A stretch of DNA of 64,000 nt, from the NCBI GenBank assembly GCA_965178125.1, contig OZ237753.1, positions 496,001 through 560,000 of the forward strand, given 5' to 3'. Shown here piece by piece: positions 11,378 through 22,391 of the stretch (within the stretch, counting starts at the first letter, position 1; every line of letters starts with the position of its first letter). The notes beneath the pieces are model-generated. The model did not search any database, had not been told where the DNA came from, and worked only from the letters and a program-made list of their open reading frames with translations. The translations under genes were made by a program, and so were the position numbers. The DNA comes from Bilabrum cf. latius. Taxonomy: Eukaryota.

Positions 11378-14300
11378 TCACCCCTTGGACTTCTTCTTGA
11401 CTACCCTGCGCTTTCGCCTGCCACCTGCGGCAGCGCCTCCCGCGCCGGAAGATGATGACATCACCTCGATTCCGATGGACCCCTTCATGGCCGGGCTGAC
11501 GCTTATCTGCTCCCCCGAGTGCTTGCCTCGACTGGATGCTGCACCCGGTTCCACGCTACCGGCCTCTGGCACGACGCTGAGCGAATGCGGCTGGTCAGAC
11601 CCAGTCGCATCCGTGGATTCAGCAGGCGCTTCGGGGTACAGCTGCCTGTCTTTCCGGCGCCACAGCTCGTCCACTGGCCGAGCACGTGTTGCCGCGCCTC
11701 CCTGGGCCCAGCGCATCTGTTCCTGTCTCACCGCGTCCACGACACCGCTCCTGACCAGCGTGCTCAGCTTGCCTGAGAGCTGCTTCTGCGAGTACGGCTT
11801 CGCCAGCAGACCGTAGAAGCCGGCAGCTCTGTACTCCGGCAGGTTCCAAGCATCGTGGTTGGCCGTCATGGCGAAGATGGGCACCCTGCATCCCAGCTCA
11901 AGGAGGTGCTTGCACACGTCCGTGCCCCTGGAATGCACCATCACGATGTCCATCAGGACCAAGTCGAACTAACGGCCGGAGCTTGCTGCACGGTGAGCAG
12001 AATGTTTGCTTGCCAGCTGCCCCCTGCCCTTCAGCACAGCCTCGCACTCCTGCCCGTCCTCCAGCTCCTCCGAGGTCGCACCGAGCCGCTGCAACATGCG
12101 GGAGGCCATTCGTCTGAGGGCGCGCTCATCGTCCACCAGCAGCACGTGCAGACCAGAGAGTGGGCCCTGGGCGTGGGACGGTGGCATCGGGGGAGCAGCT
12201 GGCACGGTGCCAGCAGAATTACCGTCAACCAATCCGCGATCGCTTGCAGCTGGAGACTACACGCCTCCCATTGCAGTCGTCATGTCGGAGGCAGTCCTGC
12301 CTCGGCTACCTGAGTGTGCGCTTGTGCTCCTTGACAGGCCCCTCCTGAATGCCTCCCTCAGTTGCTTGGACATTGATGTGGGCAATTTGCATGCCTGCAT
12401 CAGCTAATCTGTTCTCGGGGCTTGATCAAACAAATTCGACACTCCCAACGGTGTGTGTGGACCAGATTCACTAATGACAGACGAAGATGATGGCGCTCTC
12501 GGGTTCGCCTCGCTGCTCTGCCTTGGTGGCTTGGCTTGCCGCAGCATAGGATCTGTCCCTTCGTCACCATCACCAGTGGACTACCCCGATTCCTGGACGC
12601 AATCAGCCCTCAAGTCGACGTGAAGTGCATGTCCGTGCAGCCTGCCAGTGCTATTCGTGGAAGACGACCACTTGCCCTTGCTCCCTGCAACTTTGCCGCC
12701 TCCACGTGCCTGCCGACCTACTGGCTCGACTACAGCGGCCGAAATAGATCGCTGGTCATGGTGTCCCTCCAATATCGGCGCGCGAGCATGAAAAGACTGC
12801 CGCACGTGATCTCTGGCAGAAGGACCCAACTTGTCTAGCCTCGCATCCCTTCGCTTGGAGGCCTGTACGTCGGCCCTCTGCATGCGGTCCGACCACCGGC
12901 CTGCTGCTCTTAAAGTTGCCTTGAAGCTGGCACTTGCAATTGCAGCATTTCTCCTGCTCTGACTGTTCATAGAGGATGCCGACTTATTATCTCTATCCTG
13001 AAAAGCAACTGCATGCCCAGTTGCCTTTGAATTGCCGCGCTGCTTTACAACGTACGGCTGACTGCCGCTTCGCCGCCCTGATAGTAACTGACTACTGCGA
13101 GCGAGCCCAGGCCCCTCAAGCCCGCCAAACCGGCCACTAAGGGATCGCATGTGCACGAGCAGCGACCTCAGCTCTGGCTTTCCCAGCATCAAGACAGCCT
13201 CTAGCGTGGATGTCTTTGGAGCATGTGATTGGTTCTTTCCGGCAATGCTTTCTTCTTTGGGCCGCCTGGCATCGAATGGAAGACCGAGACCAGGCTCTAC
13301 GCAGATCGATCGGCCTGCCTGCCTCCATTCCAGGAGTTGCTGCAGCACACGCAGCACAGCCTGCTGCCTCCTAGTGCGACGCCTCTCTGTCGGGCGAAAG
13401 ATTGATCCATTGAGTGCACGGCTCGTAGACCGTGAGCGCGATGACGCTGCATGGTCGTCTGGCAGGCTGCGCTCCTGCGTGGCAGGCGATCTATCAATGC
13501 TCGAAACGAAGTTGGATGACTATGCGAGGCCAGACGCGGCTGCAGGATACCCCCTTGCGCTTGCGATGGTGCGGGTGGGTCCCGGATTCAGTGCCGCCGA
13601 GAGGGGCGGCACTACCGGCTGGTCCGTCCCCTTCAGTGTCTGGACGCAGGGGCTCCCGCGACCGTGAGCAGCACCCCCTGTGCCAGTGCTAGCTCCGTGG
13701 TGACTACTAGCTTGCTGCACGTCCTGCTCAGATACATCAGCTGCAGGCATGGACACAGGCCCGCTGTCTGTGCCCCATGTCTCGCTGCTGATCCTTCTCG
13801 CCGTGCATTCTTCAAGAGCGCCGTCCGTGTCTCCTGCAGACAGCCGGGTGATGGCGCGGTTCAGCGCCTGCATCTCCACCTGCAGTCGCTGCTCCCACAT
13901 TGCGCTGGCATTCCTGGGCAGCTTGCTCACCGCCCCTGCCTCCATCCTTCGCACCACGCGCCACGGGGGCCGCAGCGGCAGCGCCACCTCTAGCACGGTC
14001 CTCTTCCTCCTCTTCTCCGTCCTCAGCTCGATGGTCCCGCCCATCTGCTTGGTCAGCTCCTCCGCCATGGCCAGGCCTAGCCCAGAGCCCTTCTGCTTGG
14101 CCACTGAGCTGGCGCTGCCGTCAGGGGCTGACGGCTTGAATGGCACGTGCCCGCTCGCTTCTCGAGAAGCTCGCCCGGCTGCCTGGGGACCTGGGCTCTC
14201 CGACTCAAAGCTCTCACCCAGCTCGTCTGAGTCGCTGTCCCCGGTGCTGCCTCCGCTTATCCCCCCCTTGCCACCGCTACCCTTGCTGGATGCATCGCCC

Positions 14301-17300
14301 GTGACAAACGCCGAAAACAGCTTGTGCCGCCCAGGCCCCGAGCCCCCGAGCCCCTTCCCTGTGTCGATCACCCTGAACACCAGCATGGGGGCAAGGAGAG
14401 GAGGTAGCTGCTGGGAAGCCGAACTTACTTCCTCTTTGCTACCCTTGGTCATGGAGGAGTCTGATGGCGCGGTGGAGTGACCTGTGTTGTTGCTGTTGCC
14501 ATGAATCTCGATGGAGTTGGTGGTCATCGGACGCAGCGTCCGTGCCGCAAGCGTGTCCGTCTCGAGAGCCAGCATACGCTCTAGGCCCTCCTGGCCATCA
14601 GCGCCTTGCTTGCTGGTCCTCCTCGTGTTCCTTCGAGAGCCAGCGTGGACCGTGGAGAACCCGCTGAGCAGTGCGCTTGGCGGCAGCACGCGGTCCACGA
14701 TGCTGGGAATGGCCGCCATGGCCCCAACCACGGGACCTCCAAGCGGCCGCTAGTCCCGCTCGGCAAAGACCTGCTTGACTCCACGCAGCACGGGGGCAGC
14801 CAGGGCAGATGGCTTCCTGGCCCTGGCGCGCTCGATCGCTTGCAGGAGCTCTGCACCCACCTCCTCAGATCCACCGCACAGCTCGGTGCATGCGGACAAC
14901 TGCTCCTTGCGAATAGCCTCAAGGCGAGAAAGGTGGCTAGAGCCTGCGTGCTTCACCGTGTCCTCGTTGCCAAGGCACCCGGCAGTCTGGCCACCTGCCT
15001 TCGCTGGCTCCATGCCAATCCCCAGAGCCCATCTCGTCTCCTCGCCCTGCTTCTGCTCGAACTGCTTCGGACCTCCATCGGCGGATTCCTCTCCCTGCAT
15101 GACCTTGGCCTCTTGCTCGATTGCCCACTGGATCATCTTGAAGTGCCCGTGCGACTTCCAATTGGATGAGCGTCCCGCCAGGTCCGTGCCTTTCTACTCG
15201 TCGCTATCGTACATGCGGGCCCACCTGCTGGACCTGATTTCTTCCTCCACGATATGCCTGCTCATGGGTCTCAGCCTCACCTGAAGGTCCACCATGATGT
15301 ACCCACTCTTGCAAAACTTGGCCGCGTTCGTCAGGCCGTTGGCAAGGATCTGCGTGATCCTCAGCTCGTCTGCGAGCACCACGGGGGGCACAGAGGCAGC
15401 CACGTGGAACCGAAGAGGCACTTCTGCGAACGACTGGTGGCTGGAAGATACTGCCACGATCAGCCTGCGGGGGTCCATAGGTGCGGGCGAGATGGGCAGC
15501 TTGCCTTGCTGCAGCCTGCTGAGGTCGAGCAGGTCGTTCACCAGCCGATGCAGGGTCTCTGTGCCCTGATGGATGACGTCCATGTCGCCACCGCCCGCCC
15601 GGATCTGGCTGTGGGCCGCTCCGACCAGGTGCTTCGCGTCCTCCAGCTGCTGTGCCCCGGCAGTGAGTTTCCTGGTGGCATAGCCGAGGGTCTGCAGGGC
15701 CTTGAGCTGTTCCTGGGTGCGTGCAGCTGCTGCACCGCTGCTGGGGCTGAGGGGCTTCTTCTCTGCCCCGGCTGCTGCAGATGCTTTGTCTGCATCGCTG
15801 GCAACCGGACCCTCCTCCATCTATGCCGCCAGCATCAGCCGCTCAGCCGCTTGTGTGCACTGCTCGGCTGCGGTCCGGTTCTCGATCAGGGCCCCCTCCA
15901 GCACAGCAAGGGCCTGTTCAGCAGCCTCACCCGCGCTGGCCGAGGCCTCCCTCAGCATACCCAGGCTGCCGCTGCACAGGTGCAGGGGATTGCGCTGCTC
16001 GTGCACCACGAAGGACACGAGGATCTGGTGGGCCTTTTGTGCTGCCTCAAACCGCCCCTGCTGCTCTGCCCTGGCCTGGTAGTCCCTGAGCTCCTGTGAC
16101 CGTTGCACCCAGAACACCACGCCAACCATTCCTGCTATGATTATGGACACAAGACCTCCCGCGAGCAACGGAGCCAAGATCGCGTTCCTTCCCTGATTCT
16201 CGAAGAACTCATCAGTGATCGCCACGTGGATGGACCACACCCGGTTGCCCACTGGCACGAGGTACCCCAGCACCTCCCGCGAGCTCCTCGTGGCACGCTC
16301 CTTGACGAAGCTCAGCACCCGCTCCTGAGCCTCATCAGAGGCCGGGTCATCCACCTCGCGCACGTCATTGAGGGCGTACTGGAACTGGCCCAGCCCTGCA
16401 GGGACGCTGTGGCGAGGCACTGCCTCCGTGCCGACAGAGAACAAGTCAAAGAGGGGCGAGTTGGCCAGATCCTAGAAGCCCTGCGTCGCTGCGGCATACG
16501 CATACCCGTCGTATGGCCTCTCCGTTCGTCCGTTGAGTCTACCCGCTCCGTCGCTCAGCCTCTCCTGGGCCTCGTTCACGAGGTCGGTCACGTCCTCGCT
16601 GTAGATGGCCACGGGGGAGTCGGCGTCCCGCACCAGCTCTGCCTGATTCGATATCGCGGCGAAAAAGAAAATAGACAGCGCATGGCCGCGCATGAGATGC
16701 CCGTTCACGCATCTGCTGCTGCACGGCTCCAGGGGGTGCTCCCTCCTGCCCTCTTGCACGTCGATGAGGCTCTGGTTGTAGGCCGCCAGCGCGTCCTCTG
16801 CAGAGGTGAAGGGCAGGCACATGGCCCTGAAGGCCTCCCCACAGGCGTCGCTCGCGTTGTGAGTGTACTGCTCCTGCTGCACCACTTCCTGTGGACTCGT
16901 CACACGGTTGATCCCGGGGGCCACATCGCCGGCAAGCTCGGCCAGGTTTGTGTTGGGAGGCAGCTTTGTAGGGCCACCGCCTGGCTCCAGGCCGGTGTTA
17001 GAGTACACAGGGGCGGCCACTGATACACCCCGTAGCAACCGCCCCCTGCTCACCAGTAGCAGCGGCTCCGACATTGCGATCGTCTGGAATGTGCTCGCCG
17101 TCTGGATGGCATGGTATCGTGGCGTGCTGGTTGCAAGGTCCAGACCGAGGGCTTGCACCTCGAGATCGCTGTAGTCGCCAAACATGACAAGCAACGAAGC
17201 CCGTCTAGGAGCTAATATGCTCTCGTTGGCCTGAGAGAGGGGGATGAGGCCGGTCGGTCCGAGAGCGAGCATCTCGGCGCCTGGCTGCCGGTTCAAGTTG

Positions 17301-17743
17301 GAGGGATATTCCGCATCCAAGATTGCCTGCACCACTGAGATATGGACGCGGTCTATTTCGACACTATATCCAACCGCAGACACTCTGCCGGGGTTTGCTG
17401 CGACGATTTGGTCTGCTACAGCCTCTGCCGCAAAGCTGCGCGACCCGAGATATTCAGTGCTAGTAGCAGTCCCTTCCAGGGCTGCTCGAAGACCTGCTAG
17501 CTCCGGGAAGTGGCTGTAGAATGCTTGCGCCAACGCATTTACTCGGAGCCTTGCGCGTTCTGCGAACTTTTGATAGTTGTCGTCGCGCTCGGTTGTCTGA
17601 ACCGTGACAGCGACCACGGCTGTCACCGCCAGGCACACAACGAACACGATTGTGACCCACCAGCAGGGATATAAACCACAATATTTCTATGAAGGGGCCT
17701 GTAGCGGGTTGCGTTTCGGTTTGTCCGCTTTAATCGCTTGCAT
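11378..17743 (-). CDS. Membrane-bound hybrid sensor histidine kinase, copy 2 (~2121 aa, intronless)
   Basis: Inverted paralog of 4889-11227, in a single frame broken only by TAG. Same domain order, identical C-terminal 194-aa ORF, terminal TGA. ATG at 17743 aligns with the copy 1 N-terminus (APSqKYCGLYPCWW vs APSWKVCGLHPCWW). Confidence 0.92.
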
Positions 17744-18279
17744 CGTAGCCAAGTGCGTAATGCCGACGAAATGTTCCACTGCAATGAAATCGCAGCAGAG
17801 AACAACAAATCCTGCACAAAGCAGACTAATTTATCTAAAAGACAGTATTCAGCCAATTTCTCGTACTTGAGGACGGTTTATTTCGACAATAGATGCGGGG
17901 GCGCTTTGTTAAACCGATGGAGCAGCAATTCCATTCGCGGTGCGGTGCACTCATCACATCGGAGCTGGTTCTCGGTTTTTAATTAACGCTCAAATTGTCA
18001 TCTTACGGAATACGACGCTCTCCGAATGTGCTCGCAGAGACGAAATCACGGTATTTTCATGTAGCAGGTCTGTCTGCAACAAGTTCTATGTGCTGGTGGA
18101 GAGTGTTCCTCCCATTGAGGAGATTACGTGAGTCCGATGTGTTACGGGATTGACTGGACAGGGCTCTGAGATGATGTCTCGAGTGTGACAATGGTATGAC
18201 AGTTGAAACATAAACTCAATCTCCGCGTCCAACGGAGCGAGCGCCTAGAATCTGGCGTGGAAACTTGGAGCCGAATCCG

Positions 18280-21200
18280 TCACTTGCGTTTTCCGCCCTT
18301 CTTCTTCCCTTTGCCTCCCTTCTTGCCCTTCCCCTTACCTGCTCCCTTCCCTCCCTCTGTTTTTCTTGCCTCATCAATGTCCATCCCTGCGGCCCTCGGC
18401 TTCATGAACTTGTCGAATTCGCGCACGTCCTGGCCCCCGAACGACACGCGCTTCCTTTCCGCTGCTGCTGTGCTGTCGTCGCTGCCACCGTCGGCTCTCT
18501 TCTTGCTCTTCTTCTCGGACTTGGGCTTCTTCTTTTTCTTGCCAGAGGAAGACTTGCTGTCGCTAGAAGAAGCAGATGCTTGCTGCGTTGGGGTCGCCGG
18601 GGCGCTCGCCCTGTTGGAGGAGGACGAAGATGAGGATGAGGATGCAGCGGTTGACTTGGACGAGCCGGCGGCTGGCTTGACCATCTTCTTGCGCTTGCCC
18701 TTCAGCTTGAACGCGCGGGCGCTCCCGCTCGCGTCAGCCTCCCCAAGAATTGCATCCGCCCGCACCCTTGCCTCCTCAAGCAAAGTCTCCTTGCTGGTGG
18801 CCTTGCGCATCCCCATGGATTCCAGCTTGTCGGCCCCGGTTCGCTTCCTCTCGTCGTGCAACCGCTGCATCTCGGACTCTTCGTACACGGCCATTGCAGC
18901 CGACTCGGCCGCCCTCCTTCCCATCGCACGCTCGGCGTCTCCTGCGCCGATCGTGGCAAGCCTCTTCTTCTTGCCCTTGACTCGCTTCCCGAGCACACCG
19001 CCCACGGATGCCGTTCCGGCCGCGGCATCCGACGGCTTGGAATCTGCCGCACTGGACTCGTCCGCTGCGTCGTCCTCCTCCGTTCCGTCGTCAGCGCCAT
19101 TCTCAGTGCGCCTCCTCTTCTTCTTCTTCCCGCCCTTCTCCTTCCTTCCCTTCTTGCCCTTCTTCTTCCCACCAGTGTCCTTCTCGCCCACCCCATCGCT
19201 GGGGTCGTCAGCCCTTCCGCTGCTCCCGTTCTCCATCTGCTCCCTACCGCGCTTCTTGCCTGCCTTGGTCGGCACGACAAGAGCCTTGCTACCGGCAGCA
19301 GCTGTTGCACCCTCGTCCTCCTCGCCGTCGTCCTTCATCGGCACGCTCTCTCCACGGGCCTTCGCCTTGGCAGCTCGCTTGGCCTCTTTGCGCTCCTTGC
19401 GTCTCCGCGCATTCTCCTTCTTCTTCCTGGCTTTCTCCTCCTCTTCAATCCTTCGCAGATCGGCGGCTGACGGGCTCACTCGGCTCCTCCTCCGCCTGAG
19501 CTCCTTGACCACCTTGCCTCCCTTACGCATCCGAACCACAAACTCCTCCTCTTCCTCCTCATCTTCGTCACTATCGTCGCTGTCCGCAGACTCAGAGTCG
19601 GACTGCTCCATCGCAGCCGCACCACCAGCGGTGGCCTCGCCCTCCTGCTCCTCGTCCTCGCCGTCGTCATCTACCACGTCCTTTGCACCGGGCGCAATCT
19701 TCCTGAACTTGGCGACAAAGAAACCATCCATGTTGTGCACGTGCGGCAGGAACCGCCTGGCCAACTTTACGCTCGGGTGGAACCGGTGGTGGAAATATGC
19801 CGGCATTGCCTGTGAGGAAAGCACCAAAAAGGGCAGCTCAAACGCACGATAGTTGATGCCGAAGCACAAACAAACATGGATGTCCACGCAGGACGTAGCC
19901 CCGGCCTGTATCATGGCAGGACGCGGAGTTACAAAACACGCGGTGGGTTTCAATCTAGCGATGGTACAGTTGCCGCGCCGTGGACGTGGAAAGCGCCTAG
20001 GCGTGGCTTCAGGAATGCATCGCGGAGCATAGGGCAAGGGGAGCCAAGTACAACGAAAAACCAAAGAACCAAGAGGGCAAGCAATGGGAATCGTTCTCAC
20101 GGGTCTTCCGACGTCGATCTTGTCCTGCACGGGCACGAGCTTTACCTTGCGCTTGCGAAGCACGTAGTCTACCACGGCCTCGTTCTCCTCCACGCTGACG
20201 CTGCAGGTCGAGTACACAAAGATACCGCCCGTCGGGCTGTTGTGGTCCACCGCATCGACGGCGGCAAGGCAAAGCTGTTTCTGCAAGTAGGCCATCTTCT
20301 TGACGTCCTCGTACGTCTTCTGCGTCTTCACGCTGGGATCCTTGGCGATGACTCCGAGCCCGGTGCACGGGGCATCCAGCAGCACTCGGTCAAAGGACCC
20401 AAGCCCAAACACCTTGTGGATCTCTCGGCCATCAAGGCAGCTCGCGACCGAGCAAGTCACGCCCAGTCTGGCCAGGTTGGCCACCAGGGACCGCGACCTC
20501 AGCGGGCTGGGATCGTTGGCGACGAGGGCGCCGCGGTTCCGCATCAGCTGCGCGATGTGCGTGGTCTTGCCTCCCGGGGCCGCCGCCACGTCGATGATCC
20601 TCTCACCTGGCCTGGGATCCAGGGCCAGGACGCTCATCATTGAGCTGGCGCTCTGGATGAAGTAGTGCCCCGTGAGGTACTCGGGCGTGGCTCCGATCGG
20701 GATGTTGCTCTCGTGCACGACGAGTCCGTCTCTGCTCCATTGAGCGAGGGGGTCGAGGTTGACGCCCCTGTTGATGAGGGCCTGGGCCACCTGCTTGCGC
20801 CGGGCCTTGAGCGTGTTCACACGCAGCGTCAGCGGCCTCGGCTGCTCGTTGGCCTCGAAGAATTCCAGCGCTTCCACCGGTTTGAAGATCTTCAAGAAGA
20901 GCTCCACCAGCTCCTGCGAGTAGCCGTAGTAACCCACCGCGTCCTCGGTCAGCCTGTCGAGGTACTCTGTCCTGTCCCGGCCTTCCTCCCTGCGCGCCTT
21001 AAAGTCGCTGAGGACCAGCACGATGGACCTCATTCTCTCCTTGACGACCTCCAAGTCGGGGGGCAGCTTCCTTTCTTCCTCCATCTCCGCCTCGGTCGGC
21101 AGGTGGTAACGGTCAGACTCTGCGCCCAAGGTGTGCAGCTGCATCTCAGCCTTGGCGGCTTCAATTTCCTGCTTTCTTGCGCGCTCAACCCTCTCCGCAA

Positions 21201-22057
21201 ACTCCTCGAATCCTTCACCTTGCCTGCGGATCATGTCCTCGGCGCCAGCACCGCCGTCCTCGTCCACCCCGTCTCCCTCGTCGTCGTCGCTGTCGTCATC
21301 ATCGTCGGAATCGGCAGAGCCATGCCCGAGGGAGGGCCCCGATACACGGCCAGCAGGGCCGTCATCAGAGCTATCGATGTCGCTATCATCGTCGTCGCCC
21401 TCGTCCTCGTCACTGTCCTCGTCACCATCCCCGAACAAGCTCACTTTCTTCGATTTGGCGCGCAGCGCCACTGCTCGCTTCAGCTCTGCCTCCCTGTCGG
21501 CATCCAATTCATCATCGCTATCACTGTCTTCATCGCTGTCATCGCCACTGCTGTCTGCTTGGCCGTCTTGGTCGTCACCAATAGCAGCAGAGACAAACTA
21601 CTCAGCCTTGCTTGGCTTGCGATCTGCTGCTTCCTCATCAGACATGTCGAATTCTGCGCCTTTTAAGGAAGACCAGTCGGCATCCTTTGGTTCCGAATCA
21701 GAGACTGCCTTGCCTGCAGACTTCTTGCTTTTGCTCTTGCCGTCCACTCCCTTCGATAAGCGAATTCTCTCAGCTCGCTCGTCTTCTTCCTCATCGCTAA
21801 CTTGCGGATCCCCATCTGCATCCAATATGGGGCCATTATGGCTAAATTCATCCTCAGACACGTGCCTAGCCGCAGGTTTACTTGCTTCGGCTGCGCGGGT
21901 AGGAAATAATGCGGCATGGTGGGCACAGGTGGAGCAGCTGCACAGCTGCCTGCATTGGCTTGAACTCTCCATGACATGGCTTACAACTCTTCCGTCGGCT
22001 CTTTTTATCCTTTCGCTTCTTTTTGCTGGCGCTACCTGGGGATTTCACCTTGGGCAT
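18280..22057 (-). CDS. NOP2: 25S/28S rRNA cytosine-C5 methyltransferase NOP2/NSUN1 (~1130 aa; exons 22057-21985, 21890-20101, 19809-18280)
   Basis: Motifs RVNTLK, IGATPEYLTGHYFIQ, DVAAAPGGKT, DRVLLDAPCTGLG, VYSTCSVSVEENEAVVDY and FLPHVHNMDGFFVAKF, with acidic N-terminal and Lys-rich C-terminal tails. GT-AG introns at 21891-21984 and 19810-20100. One in-frame TAG at 21598. Ends in TGA. Confidence 0.93.
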
Positions 22058-22391
22058 CTGCGTACTTAATGTACTTTTGTGTCTGGGAGGAACATGGCAG
22101 CTTGGGGGTTCTGTACGAACGTTCGCTTTTGCGCTTAGCGTGCACTGCACTTTCCGTTCACCACAACACTGTTGGCAATGACACAATAAACCTGGTTTTT
22201 CGAGCAGACAGCCATATAGGTGGCATTTGTAACAAGATGATTTTGCTCCACGAGCTTGAATTGCTTCTCCGAGGTTCGCTGGCGACAAAGTGCAGGAGCG
22301 CAGATAATGAGACAAAACGTTGAATCAACGACAGACTCAGCTAGCAAACATAATTCGACCAGTACAGCAGGCAGAAAGGGGCAACTCTGCG

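Larger units (their letters stand above)
4889..17743. repeat. ~12.9 kb imperfect inverted duplication (arms ~6.35 kb, spacer ~11235-11370)
   Basis: The sequence at 11371-12214 is the reverse complement of ~10391-11234. The block 13530-17015 closely mirrors ~5630-9100. The ORF track shows mirrored translations. Confidence 0.95.

Noticed and set aside
10391-12214. Central fold-back as an MDA or assembly chimera, or transposon terminal inverted repeats
   Set aside because: The outer arms are substantially diverged yet both keep full open frames. The spacer is unique, and there is no transposase or target-site duplication. Long reads are still the decisive test.
18203-19852. 549-aa plus-strand ORF and many other long antisense ORFs
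   Set aside because: These are shadows of GC-rich, low-complexity coding sequence on the opposite strand, with no recognisable motifs.
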